This document shows, one piece after another, positions 30,452-40,200 of a DNA stretch of 64,000 nt. The position numbers were made by a program, and so were the translations under genes. Origin of the DNA: an uncultured candidate division Zixibacteria bacterium. Its GTDB lineage: Bacteria > Zixibacteria > MSB-5A5 > GN15 > FEB-12. Location of the stretch: positions 1,472,001-1,536,000 of the forward strand of contig OY760907.1 of assembly GCA_963664195.1 (NCBI GenBank). The letters run 5' to 3'. The notes under the pieces are model-generated. The model ran no database searches. It saw only the letters and a list, made by a program, of their open reading frames with translations, and had not been told where the DNA came from. Within the stretch, counting starts at the first letter, position 1, and the number at the start of each line of letters is the position of its first letter.

Positions 30452-31009
30452 ATGAGAGTGCTTGTAGTATTGCTGATTGCGCTGGCTTTGATGGCGACGG
30501 GCGTCATGGCGGGCGAGAAGTCCGAGGTTGTTAAGCCAAAGGCCGAAAAAAGAGTGAAAATCAAAAAGGCCGATGACCCGACTCACGTTGACGAAGGCGA
30601 GAACGCTGAGAAGGTCGAAAAGGTCAAAGAGACCAAAGAAGCCAAAGAACTTGAGATGTTTACGACCGAATCCGGTGTTCGCTATCAGGATTTGGTGGTG
30701 GGCAAAGGTGTGGTGGCCAAATACGGAATGAAGGCTGAGTGTCATTACACGCTCTGGTTTGCCGACTCGACCGGCCTCGTGAAGGGGAAGCGGTTTCAGA
30801 GTTCTAAAGACCGTGGAAAGACATTCACCTGCACGATCGGCCAGGGTTTGATAAAGGGTTGGTCTGACGGCATGGTCGGGATGAAAGAGGGTGGAACACG
30901 CCTGTTGTATGTCCCGTGGCAGCTTGGATACGGAGAAAAGGGCCGTCCGCCGCTTCCGGGCAAGCAGAACTTGATATTCGAACTGGATTTCATCCGCCAG
31001 GTGAAATAG
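30452..31009 (+). CDS. Exported FKBP-type peptidyl-prolyl isomerase
   Basis: Signal peptide; LIKGWSDGMVGMKEGG, LGYG, LIFELD. Confidence 0.9.
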   Translation: MRVLVVLLIALALMATGVMAGEKSEVVKPKAEKRVKIKKADDPTHVDEGENAEKVEKVKETKEAKELEMFTTESGVRYQDLVVGKGVVAKYGMKAECHYTLWFADSTGLVKGKRFQSSKDRGKTFTCTIGQGLIKGWSDGMVGMKEGGTRLLYVPWQLGYGEKGRPPLPGKQNLIFELDFIRQVK

Positions 31010-31035
31010 CGCGAGATTTCGATGTTCCAGAGTAC

Positions 31036-31063
31036 AAAGCCCGCCTTTTGGCGGGCTTTTTTT
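31036..31063 (+). terminator. Intrinsic terminator
   Basis: aaagcccgcc-tttt-ggcgggcttt followed by T-run. Confidence 0.85.
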
Positions 31064-31455
31064 GTGTCTATCCGGGGAGATGCTCTCGAAATAATAAACG
31101 CCCTCTTGGGGAGGAGGGCGTTTCCGGGTTCCTAAGGAGGAGAAATGCATGTGGGGCATGCATAAAGGCCTGTGTTTGACCTTGAGCCCAATTAACCTCA
31201 ATGGAATGACCGGTTGTCATCGTAATGTCAAACGGAAGGACAAAAGTCTGCCGACTGTCCGCCGATTCAGGCCAAAAGGAGGCCAGTTGTTAATGAACAT
31301 ATTCTGGATCGGAGGGATACCGGCAAGAAAAGGTAGTGGGCCTGCCCCTGAGGTGACGCAATCAAATGCCTGTGACCTTGAGAAATCGTTTGACTTTTTG
31401 AGTCAAGGTCATCATATATATACCCCCAAAGGATTTACCCTGTATGAGGGTCTAT

Positions 31456-31527
31456 GGGGGTGTAGCTCAGGGGTAGAGCTCCTGCCTTTTAAGCAGGCTG
31501 TCGAAGGTTCAAATCCTTCCACCCTCA
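31456..31527 (+). tRNA. tRNA-Lys (TTT)
   Basis: GGGGGTG/CACCCTC acceptor, CCTGC-CTTTTAA-GCAGG anticodon arm, GTTCAAA T-loop. Confidence 0.93.
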
Positions 31528-31545
31528 TAAAAAGTTTTTGAGTAT

Positions 31546-31618
<73 letters not shown>

Positions 31619-31715
31619 TATTTTTTTGTCTGAAAACGAGTTCCCCGACATCAGTGATCTCATTGATGGCCTACCCGTGCCTCGGGTGGGGTGAATGAAG
31701 CTCCAGTGACAACTC

Positions 31716-31741
31716 GTAGGTCAGGTTGCTTGCAACCTGAC
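31716..31741 (+). repeat. REP hairpin left of the RAYT gene
   Basis: GTAG-gtcaggttgc-tt-gcaacctgac. Confidence 0.85.
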
Positions 31742-31794
31742 AGATGCATGATTATCTTCTATCATGATATGATAATCTCTGGGGGAAGGACGAT

Positions 31795-32286
31795 ATGTCG
31801 AAGCTTAGGCGGTTTGACCCTCTGAACCGGCCGGTCTTTGTAACCTGCGTAACTCTGGATCGACGCCCTATTCTAACTGAACTGATCCGTCCGTTGATTG
31901 CGGCCCGCAGACACATTCGTTATCTCGGCGTGAAGGTTCCGGCCTGGGTTGTCTTGCCGGATCATCTGCACGCTATCATTGAGTTAGGCGACAATCCTCT
32001 TTCTGGTACATTGCACCGCTTCAAGAGAAAGCTTAGTGCTGTATGCTATAGCCGAAGTCGCCGTGGTCGCATCTGGCAACATCGTTTCTGGGACCATATC
32101 GTCAGGGATCAAGAAGATTTCAATCGACACCTGGACTACATACACTACAATCCCGTGAAGCATGGGTTGTCACTTGGACCTCAAGAATGGGCGTGGTCTT
32201 CATATCACAGGTGGCTGGATGCAGGCGTGTATCAGCCTGATTGGGGACGACTGAAGCATGAAGGCGGACGAGATTACGGCGAATGA
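31795..32286 (+). mobile_element. REP-associated tyrosine transposase (RAYT/TnpA-REP, Y1 HUH)
   Basis: VLPDHLHAI (HUH), WQHRFWDHIVRD, DYIHYNPVKHG; flanked by inverted REPs. Confidence 0.92.
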
Positions 32287-32488
32287 AGTAATGGAAATGT
32301 CAGGTTGCAAGCAACCTGACCTACGATATCTTGGACCTCAAGAATGGGCGTGGTCTTCATATCACAGGTGGCTGGATGCAGGCGTGTATCAGCCTGATTG
32401 GGGACGACTGAAGCATGAAGGCGGACGAGATTACGGCGAATGAAGTAATGGAAATGTCAGGTTGCAAGCAACCTGACCTACGATATCT
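32173..32488. repeat. 157-bp tandem duplication of the RAYT 3' end plus right REP
   Basis: Unit starts at 32173 and 32330; REP copies at 32299-32324 and 32456-32481. Confidence 0.92.
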
Positions 32489-32627
32489 ATAACCGAATCG
32501 TGGCAAACAAGATATTGTGCTGGATTATAGTCGTCGTTGAGTGTAGAATGGTCATGGATTCATCGCCCCATTCGAGGGGCTACAAGGCGTCGACGGCCGG
32601 GACAATCGAATTCAGGAGAGGGATGCA

Positions 32628-33221
32628 ATGAAGAAGGAAGAAGTTTTCGATGCTCATGCTCTACCCAAGCTGCGGAAGCTCTCGGGTGGATTCTTCATGA
32701 GGAGGATATTCCAGAAAGCAGGACCGCAAGACCGTGTCGCCTACGGGCTTTCAATGAACTTCATACGACTTGTTGACCAAGCAATCAGATCGTACGAGGC
32801 GGGCAGGGCTGCTATGGAGGACTTCGCCAATACACATGAACACCTGGCGTGGGGTAGTTTGGAAACTGCTTGTGGACAGTTCGAGCTATGTGTGCAGTCC
32901 ATTTACAGAGCAGAAGCGATGGCGACCGGGGTGATCAAGTACAAGGATTCGCCTCCGTCCCTGATCAAGTGTTATTCTTCGTCGAAGAACGTCTTGTCAA
33001 ACCGTCTCTCGAAGGACATCTCGAAGATGAGGAACACGATCCACCACTTAGACAAGGAGTTACGTGGAGGCAACATCGATGATGGTCAGGCTGTATCACT
33101 GGTTCCAGGGTGTCATGCGCTGGAACTTGGCAAGGTGAGCGTTAAATATGATATCCTGGTGGAGGCCATCACAACTCTATACCCCATTTCTGAAGCAGTA
33201 TCCAGGTACAGGGAGAATTGA
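32628..33221 (+). CDS. Hypothetical protein
   Basis: 197-aa ORF with RBS GGAGAGGG; no motif recognised. Confidence 0.6.
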   Translation: MKKEEVFDAHALPKLRKLSGGFFMRRIFQKAGPQDRVAYGLSMNFIRLVDQAIRSYEAGRAAMEDFANTHEHLAWGSLETACGQFELCVQSIYRAEAMATGVIKYKDSPPSLIKCYSSSKNVLSNRLSKDISKMRNTIHHLDKELRGGNIDDGQAVSLVPGCHALELGKVSVKYDILVEAITTLYPISEAVSRYREN

Positions 33222-33374
33222 CGCCGATGGGCCACCAGATGAGAAGCCAATATTCGGGCGTGACAAAGAGATATTGCCCTCTTGCCTTAAGGTGTTGCGA
33301 CGCTGGGAGATAGGGGCGCTCGAAAAATAGTCCAGACCACTGTGTATAGAATGTTATAAATAGCGGGGTGTGAC

Positions 33375-34925
33375 ATCGACATCATTGGACTTCTAAGAAG
33401 AAATGGACCGCTACTGTCTTCTGCGATAAAAACGGAATTGATGAAGACCGGGATGTCAGATGAAGCCGCCAGAAAGGCCATTTCTAGACAGAAGGGAGTG
33501 GTGAAACGACTTGCAGGGAACCTGTTTCCTAACAGGGAACGGTTTCTGTATATTGAAGATCAGTTCGAGACGTCCGTCTACTTCGAGAATCTCCTTGAAG
33601 CCCTGAAGGAAACCGAATCGGTTCATTTTGGGGCCATTTCGGCGTTGGCATTGTGGGGAGGCAAAGTATCTCTGGAAAGGTTCCGTGTTCTGTCAGGCGC
33701 TCCCGAGAAGCGCAAGAAGCACAAGAACTTCGACAGGCTCTTGGTCGAACTGACCCGATCTAAACTATTGTTTAGGAAAACAGAAGAAGCCGTTGATGTT
33801 GTTGAATTGCATAGCCAATTGGAGACCGATGCTCTGTATTCTGATATCAAACCTGGGGTGCTCGAGACATTGCAGAATGTCTTGATTGGCGGAGTGCGTC
33901 AGTGGTTGCAGCGAAATAGGTTCGGATCCTTCAATTCTATCAGACAGAACCATGATTTCAATTCCTACTACTGGGATCTAACAGCACCAACCTACTTGTT
34001 CCCTTTGATGCAGATTAGGGAAGATGGGGTCACCCCGGCATTCACGGTTGTCGATATATTGCCGCAGTATGACATAGGACCAGATCACATCACGTTTTTC
34101 ATGAAGAAGTTCAAAGCCTGTCGCAGCCAATACAAGTCAGGAAGATTCTTCCCCATTCTAATCGGGAACAGTTTCACGACAGAGGCCTTTGAAATGGCCA
34201 TAGGGTCTAACATCCTTGTTACAACTCCGGGAAACCTCTTCGGAGAAGATGTCCAACAACTGATCGATGATCTCAAGGATACGCTAACAAACTTTGGGAG
34301 TGCAGTTTCTGCGAAGAGCGATAAAGAGATTGTTAAATTGATTTCAGCGGTCAGCAAGTTTGAAGGAAGAACCCACACCATTCGAGGTGCATTGTTCGAG
34401 TTGTTGTGTGGTGCAATTGTTCATTCCAAATACGGTTGCTTTATAGAAATTGGGAAGAAGATCAGGTCCGTTGAAGGTAAACAAGCTGAAATCGATGTCT
34501 TTTGTGCAATTGGGAAGAGAGAACTCCGGTTCTATGAGTGCAAGGGGTATAATTCCCATCAGGTAATCGACGAGGCAGCCATTGAGGATTGGAAACGTAA
34601 GATAAAAAGAATACGCTCTTGGCTTACCTCCATAAGCGAGTACCGAGATAGAGATATCCACTTCGAGTATTGGGCTACTTGCCCCTACTCTTCGGATGCC
34701 ACCAGCCTCTTGAACAGAATGAAGAGTACGAAAAAGTATACTGTTGAATATGGAGATATAGGAATGATCAAGGCTGAAGCAAGGTCCCAGAAACTCAGCA
34801 GTATCGGGGACATGCTAAGGGCATGTAAGTATTTTTGTGTAAGCGGCCATGATGTATATTGGATTGAAGGAGGATACGCATGGCCAAGAAGCTCGACAAT
34901 GCAGACAAGCTTATCGATGAAATGA
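33375..34925 (+). CDS. Putative PD-(D/E)XK nuclease-domain protein; last codons displaced by IS256; start uncertain
   Basis: RGALFELL...EIDVF...FYECK; lower GC than core genes; frame open upstream of the TTG at 33438 back to a stop at 33357. Confidence 0.65.
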   Translation: MDIIGLLRRNGPLLSSAIKTELMKTGMSDEAARKAISRQKGVVKRLAGNLFPNRERFLYIEDQFETSVYFENLLEALKETESVHFGAISALALWGGKVSLERFRVLSGAPEKRKKHKNFDRLLVELTRSKLLFRKTEEAVDVVELHSQLETDALYSDIKPGVLETLQNVLIGGVRQWLQRNRFGSFNSIRQNHDFNSYYWDLTAPTYLFPLMQIREDGVTPAFTVVDILPQYDIGPDHITFFMKKFKACRSQYKSGRFFPILIGNSFTTEAFEMAIGSNILVTTPGNLFGEDVQQLIDDLKDTLTNFGSAVSAKSDKEIVKLISAVSKFEGRTHTIRGALFELLCGAIVHSKYGCFIEIGKKIRSVEGKQAEIDVFCAIGKRELRFYECKGYNSHQVIDEAAIEDWKRKIKRIRSWLTSISEYRDRDIHFEYWATCPYSSDATSLLNRMKSTKKYTVEYGDIGMIKAEARSQKLSSIGDMLRACKYFCVSGHDVYWIEGGYAWPRSSTMQTSLSMK

Positions 34926-36136
34926 TCGCCGGGAAGACGCCCGAGGAGATAGTCGGCGAGGGCGGTCTTCTCGAAGCGCTTACGAAACGCGTCTACGAAC
35001 GCGCCCTCGAAGGCGAGATGACGCACCATCTGGGCTACCCCCCCAAAGCCCCCGAGGGCCGCAACAGCGGCAACTCCCGCAACGGCAAGACCACCAAGAC
35101 AGTTAAGACCGGGGCCGAGGATGTGAACTTAGCGATTCCCCGGGACCGCAACGGCCAGTTCGAGCCACAGCTGGTCAAAAAGCATCAGCGTCGCCTGCCG
35201 GGTTTCGACGACAAGGTACTGGCGCTGTATGCTCGTGGGCTTTCGACCCGTGATATCCAGGGTCATCTTGAGGAGATGTACGGATCGGCCGTGTCGCCGG
35301 CGTTGATATCGGCGGTGACGGACGCAGTTTTGGAGGAGGTGACGGCGTGGCAGAACCGTCCGTTGGAGCCGGTGTATCCGATCGTGTACCTTGATGCCAT
35401 CCACCTGAAGATGCGTCACAGCGGGCAGATCAAGAACCAGGCAGTGTATCTGGCTCTGGGGATCAACCGTGAGGGCGGCAAGGAGTTACTGGGGTTGTGG
35501 GTCGGCGAGCACGAGGGGGCCAAGTTCTGGTTGAACGTGCTGACCCAGTTGAAGAACCGTGGGGTGCAGGACATCCTGATTGCCTGTGTGGACGGTCTGA
35601 GCGGTTTCCCCGACGCGATCGAGGCGGCCTATCCGAAGGCGCAGGTGCAGTTGTGCATCGTGCACATGGTGCGCAACTCGCTGAAGTATGTCTCCTGGAA
35701 ACAGCGCAAGGCGGTGGCCGCCGATCTCAAGAGTGTTTATTCGGCGCCCAACGTGGAGGCCGCCGAGGAGGCCCTGGCCGCGCTTGAGGCCCGGTATGAG
35801 GACAGCTTCCCGCAAATCGCGCGCTCGTGGCGATCCTGCTGGGTGAACATCATTCCGTTTTTTGACTATCCGCCGGCGATTCGGAAAGTTATCTATACGA
35901 CTAATGCGATTGAATCGATGAACGCTCAGCTGCGGAAAGTTACGAGAAATCGCGGCTCGTTTCCGACCGCCGACTCGGTGAGGAAGGTGCTGTATTTGGC
36001 GATACAGAGAATCTCGATGAAGTGGAAACGACCGATCAAAGACTGGGTGGCGGCACTCAACCACTTCAGCATCATGTTTGAGGGAAGAATCTGACAACCG
36101 TGAAAAGGCTGCTTACACAAAATTCTGTACAGACCC
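34819..36136 (+). mobile_element. IS256-family insertion sequence, 26-bp imperfect terminal inverted repeats, 8-bp TSD CATGCTAA
   Basis: IRL gggcatgtaagtatttttgtgtaagc; reverse complement of IRR gggtctgtacagaattttgtgtaagc; TSD at 34811-34818 and 36137-36144. Confidence 0.95.
34880..36094 (+). CDS. IS256-family (Mutator-like) DDE transposase
   Basis: RNG...PRDR, YLDAI, DGL.G, QLCIVH, YTTNAIES motifs; intact 404 aa. Confidence 0.96.
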   Translation: MAKKLDNADKLIDEMIAGKTPEEIVGEGGLLEALTKRVYERALEGEMTHHLGYPPKAPEGRNSGNSRNGKTTKTVKTGAEDVNLAIPRDRNGQFEPQLVKKHQRRLPGFDDKVLALYARGLSTRDIQGHLEEMYGSAVSPALISAVTDAVLEEVTAWQNRPLEPVYPIVYLDAIHLKMRHSGQIKNQAVYLALGINREGGKELLGLWVGEHEGAKFWLNVLTQLKNRGVQDILIACVDGLSGFPDAIEAAYPKAQVQLCIVHMVRNSLKYVSWKQRKAVAADLKSVYSAPNVEAAEEALAALEARYEDSFPQIARSWRSCWVNIIPFFDYPPAIRKVIYTTNAIESMNAQLRKVTRNRGSFPTADSVRKVLYLAIQRISMKWKRPIKDWVAALNHFSIMFEGRI

Positions 36137-36363
36137 CATGCTAAGGCAATACTTCGGCTCTCCGTAACTGTGGTGTGCGTCGCTCTTTGCTGGTCTCTGT
36201 CAGAATAACCTTTCATCCAAACGTTCGGGGGAGGACCGGTAGGATTGACTTGTTCTTCGTCCCCCCCCCCATCTTCATGAAACTCTTTCGCCGTTCCCTT
36301 GTTTAGGTTACTATTAGCAACAACCAAGTTTTGTATCTTCGATGAATTGGAAAGGGAATCAAC

Positions 36364-36558
36364 ATGGCAACGTACGAATGTCCGAAATGTGGTATGGCAG
36401 TCAACGCTACCTGCGCCAAATGCGACGCCCCGCTCGTTAACAATACGCTGAAACTGGACGACGGCACGGAAGTCCAAGTCTCCGAATGTCCCAACGGACA
36501 CGGCAAAATCAAGTCGCCGATGTGCTGCGGGCAGGATATGAGCTGCTCACTGAAATAG
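36364..36558 (+). CDS. Small Cys-rich (zinc-ribbon-like) protein
   Basis: CPKC, CAKC, CPNGH, CCG in 64 aa; RBS-like AAGGGA. Confidence 0.75.
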   Translation: MATYECPKCGMAVNATCAKCDAPLVNNTLKLDDGTEVQVSECPNGHGKIKSPMCCGQDMSCSLK

Positions 36559-36568
36559 TCTGAGTCAG

Positions 36569-37141
36569 TTGAGTAGTCCATTCGTTCCCGAATTCAACGG
36601 CTTACGCGCCCGCGAGTTGGCCTTGCATCTCATCAACGATATCGACGTCTCGCGCGTCGACAGTCTTCTCCGTGACTACGATGAGTCTGACTATTTCCTC
36701 GGCGAGCTTCATCGAAGCTGTGTCCCTCGATTTGACGACGAAGGTCGACGCACCAAGTACGGTTTCCTCGTTGAACTCAAAGGCAAGCCGGCCGGGCTGT
36801 GCCTTCTTGGCATCAGTAGTTTCGAACACAAACGAGGCTACACCGGTGCTGACACCCTGCCGCACATGCGGGGGAAGGGGGTCGCTCCGGGATGCAAGCC
36901 CGCACTGCTCTATCTTGCGTTTGAATTGCTGGGATTGAATCGCGTAGAGACAGGGTGTGCTGTGTCCAACAACGCATCGCGCCGGTCGATCGAGAAGACG
37001 AAGGGCTTTCGGTTTGAAGGGACATTGCGCGGGTACAGTCGCAACGCCGAGGATGAGTTCGAAGACGAGCTGCGGTACGGGATTCTCCGGGAGGACTGGC
37101 TCGAACTATATGATGTCGCCGATATAGAGGTGATCGTCTGA
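36569..37141 (+). CDS. RimJ/RimL-type GNAT N-acetyltransferase
   Basis: MRGKGVA, AFELLGLNRVE, N.ASRRSIEK.GF.FEG.LR. Confidence 0.85.
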   Translation: MSSPFVPEFNGLRARELALHLINDIDVSRVDSLLRDYDESDYFLGELHRSCVPRFDDEGRRTKYGFLVELKGKPAGLCLLGISSFEHKRGYTGADTLPHMRGKGVAPGCKPALLYLAFELLGLNRVETGCAVSNNASRRSIEKTKGFRFEGTLRGYSRNAEDEFEDELRYGILREDWLELYDVADIEVIV

Positions 37142-37177
37142 CGGCGGGCTTCGGACTGGCTCGCCTGTGAGACTCAC

Positions 37178-37211
37178 AAGAAACGGCCCCGTCAGGTGAC
37201 TGACAGGGCCG
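37178..37211 (-). terminator. Intrinsic terminator for the cohesin-repeat gene
   Basis: cggccccgtcag/ctgacagggccg stem preceded by aagaaa on + strand. Confidence 0.6.
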
Positions 37212-37243
37212 CTTGACAGAATCAACAAAGCGAACGAATCGAC

Positions 37244-40200
37244 TTACTTCATAAGAAGCATCTTTTTGGTTTCGCGGAACTCACCGGCGGTTGCTCGATA
37301 GAGGTACACACCGGATGCAACTTGCGAACCGTCCCATTGTACTTCGACCGTACCCGGCTCAGAGCTACCTTCGAACCGCTCCACTCGTTGGCCGAGGATG
37401 TTGAAAATCTCAATGCTCCAATCCGAGGCCTCAGGCAGTGCCAAACTGATCACGGTTGTCGGATTGAACGGGTTGGGGTAGTTCTGGCTGAGTGCGAATA
37501 CTGTTGGGAGGCCGTCAGACTCGGGTTTCCAGAAACCACAGTCAAACCTCACAGCCCCCACCGAATAGTCAGTGTACATCTCATGATGTCCGGCAGCAGA
37601 CTTGGTTCCCTCCATATCGGAGTACGTCAGGTACGCGTAGGCACCCAATAGCATGACCCGTTGGGTGAGCCTAACCTCGGCAAGCTTCACTGAGCCGTCT
37701 TTGGCGCATCCCGCGAATCCCATGCCGGTAGACAGTAATACTGCGCGACGTCCCACCGCACTGTCACTCACGCCGGTCTCTGTCGAGACAACACTGAGAT
37801 AGTTGTTGGTATCGACCGTCACCTTGACCTCAAAAGCACCAGCATCAACGTTGGAGCGAACCCAGATTTCGATAGTCTCAGTCTTGGGTTTGTAAGTTAT
37901 GTCCGAAGTATTGTAGAACTGGCAGACAGCAGCAATTGCGGTATCAAAGGGACTCCAGGTCAGCATTCCGCTGGCGGAATCGGCCGTTCCGTCGCACTGT
38001 GCATCAGTCACTCTGGCGTCTGTGAGCGACGCGGCATTGCTAACAACGAATTCAGGTACATCAAGAATATACGGTGCAGACCAGGTAGGCGTTGTGGAGA
38101 TGTCTCCGATAAGCTCTACTTCGAGTTGAACCATGTCCTGTGTATCTCCCGGTCCGACGTTGTTGCCAAGCGACGAGTCGGCTATTTGGATCAAAGACAC
38201 ATTGCGGAAATTCAGCATTCGATATGCAAAGGACAAGGAGTCGTTAAGGGAGGAGTAGCCCTCATATTCCGTACTGTCGTGCAGATTGACGTTGACCACC
38301 ACACCCGTATCACCGTGAGAAGTCGTCGCATCACCAGCGGAGAAGGTGCTTGACAGCAGAATATCCCACGTCATGACATCCAGCTTTCCGACAGGATCAC
38401 CGCTGAATTCGGCGAGATACTTCGCTGCAGGTTCGTCAGTAATGCTGCCATCGACAAGGGAATCGGCCACGTCAGCCTGCATGCACTTCGTAACGCAGAA
38501 AGTAGTGTCCATGAATGACAGCAAAGTGGAGTCGTTCCATAGGTCACATTTTGCCAGGAAATTGACCGTATAGAGCACGTCTTCGTCGAGATGTGCGGGG
38601 TAGTAAATGGAATCAATCGAGAAATTCGTCGTGAGGTTCATGACGATGGCGGTGTCGCTTCGAGTGTACGCACCGACTCCCAGCCATCCGTATTCCGCTG
38701 CCGGCAGATCACAGGACAGATACTCCAGCTTTGCTGTGTCGTGATCTATCCACACCTCATACCAGTAGGCCCGGAAGTTGCTTTTGAGACTAACCGGAAC
38801 CCTGACCGTATCACCAGCGGAGACGGTAATCGTATCATGGGGAATAGTCAGACTAGCCACCCAGAGTTCCGAATGAGCGAAAGTACTCTCGAAAGTCCCC
38901 GGTGCGAAAGCGGAATCGCCTCCAAAGTCAATCCAGTTGCGATCATAGCCATCGCCGAAATCTACGTACGCTGAATCACCGTTTGCTACACAATTGAGTT
39001 TAAAGGTGAGGTTACCAAACGTTTGGTAGGAGCTAGTCAGTAAGATTCCGGAATCCGGGGGGGCATCGAAAGAAAGCACTACAAAGGTAGTGTCCCCCTC
39101 GGACACCGTGGTGTCACCAAACGAATACGGCCATACGCTTTCATCAGCTGCCGTACTGACGAGCGTCAGTTTGTCAGAGTCGTAGGCGATATAAGCCTTG
39201 GCTGACTCCACTACGCTGCCCGGCCCGGCATTCGTTTTCTTGATTCTGAACGGGATTACAAGGAGAGTATCGTCATCCGGACAGACCACCGGTGGCATTG
39301 CCGTGTCGCTCTCAAGAGCAAACGTGAGGTAGTCGTCGGCGGGTGGGGCGAAATCCCCCGAACTGATGGTTCCGTTGTTCCAGGTTACGCTCTTGGGACC
39401 GTCACACCTGGGAAAGAAGGGGTGCTGGACGGATTCCACGAAATCCAGCCCGGTGGTGTCACCCCACATATCCGGTTGGAGAACAAACTGGAGAGTGAAC
39501 AGTGTATCCTCCGTGGTGAATGCTGGCATGCCGGTCATGTTTTGATAATCCGCTCCTAAGGTCGTGTCACCCCAATTGGTGACTCCCGAAATCGGGTAAT
39601 CTCCATCTATATATCCCACATACTCTAGTTTCGATGATTGGAAGTTAATCTTCATGCAGCCTGAGTAGCTGCGAGCATTACTTTCAAGGTAGACCGGCAC
39701 ATCTACCGTGTCACCTATGCAGCCGGTGAAGATCGCATTATGAATACTGTAAGTTGCCTCGTACAGTGTCTTGGCGGCGACAGTGTTTGCGGTAGAGCCG
39801 GGATAGTGGCCGGTTGGCAGCCCTACGTATAGGACTCGGTTGTTTTCACCGGCACCTCCCAAAAAGGTGATCGGCGATGTCCCGGCCTCTCCTCCGCAGT
39901 TGACCTTAAACGTAAGAGTCGCGAACGTCTCAGGAGTGTCGCTGGTTCCTACACCGGTGCCAGACGTGTCAGTGAACGTCAATCTCGTGTGAGTGTCATC
40001 CCCTTCCGTTATCACGGTGTCCTTGAAGTCGTACGGCCAGACGGCGGTATCGACCTCGACGCCAATCAACGTGACTTCATCAGTGTCATACGCCACCGAC
40101 CCCTCGATGAATTCCATCATTCGAGTGCTGCCGCCCCTGGCGATGCCGAATTGAACAACGATAAGTGTATCCCCATCGCCTGCTGGTATCGCTTCCGGGG

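Noticed and set aside
32258..32443. 61-aa ORF resembling the RAYT C-terminus
   Set aside because: A by-product of the 157-bp duplication, not an independent gene.
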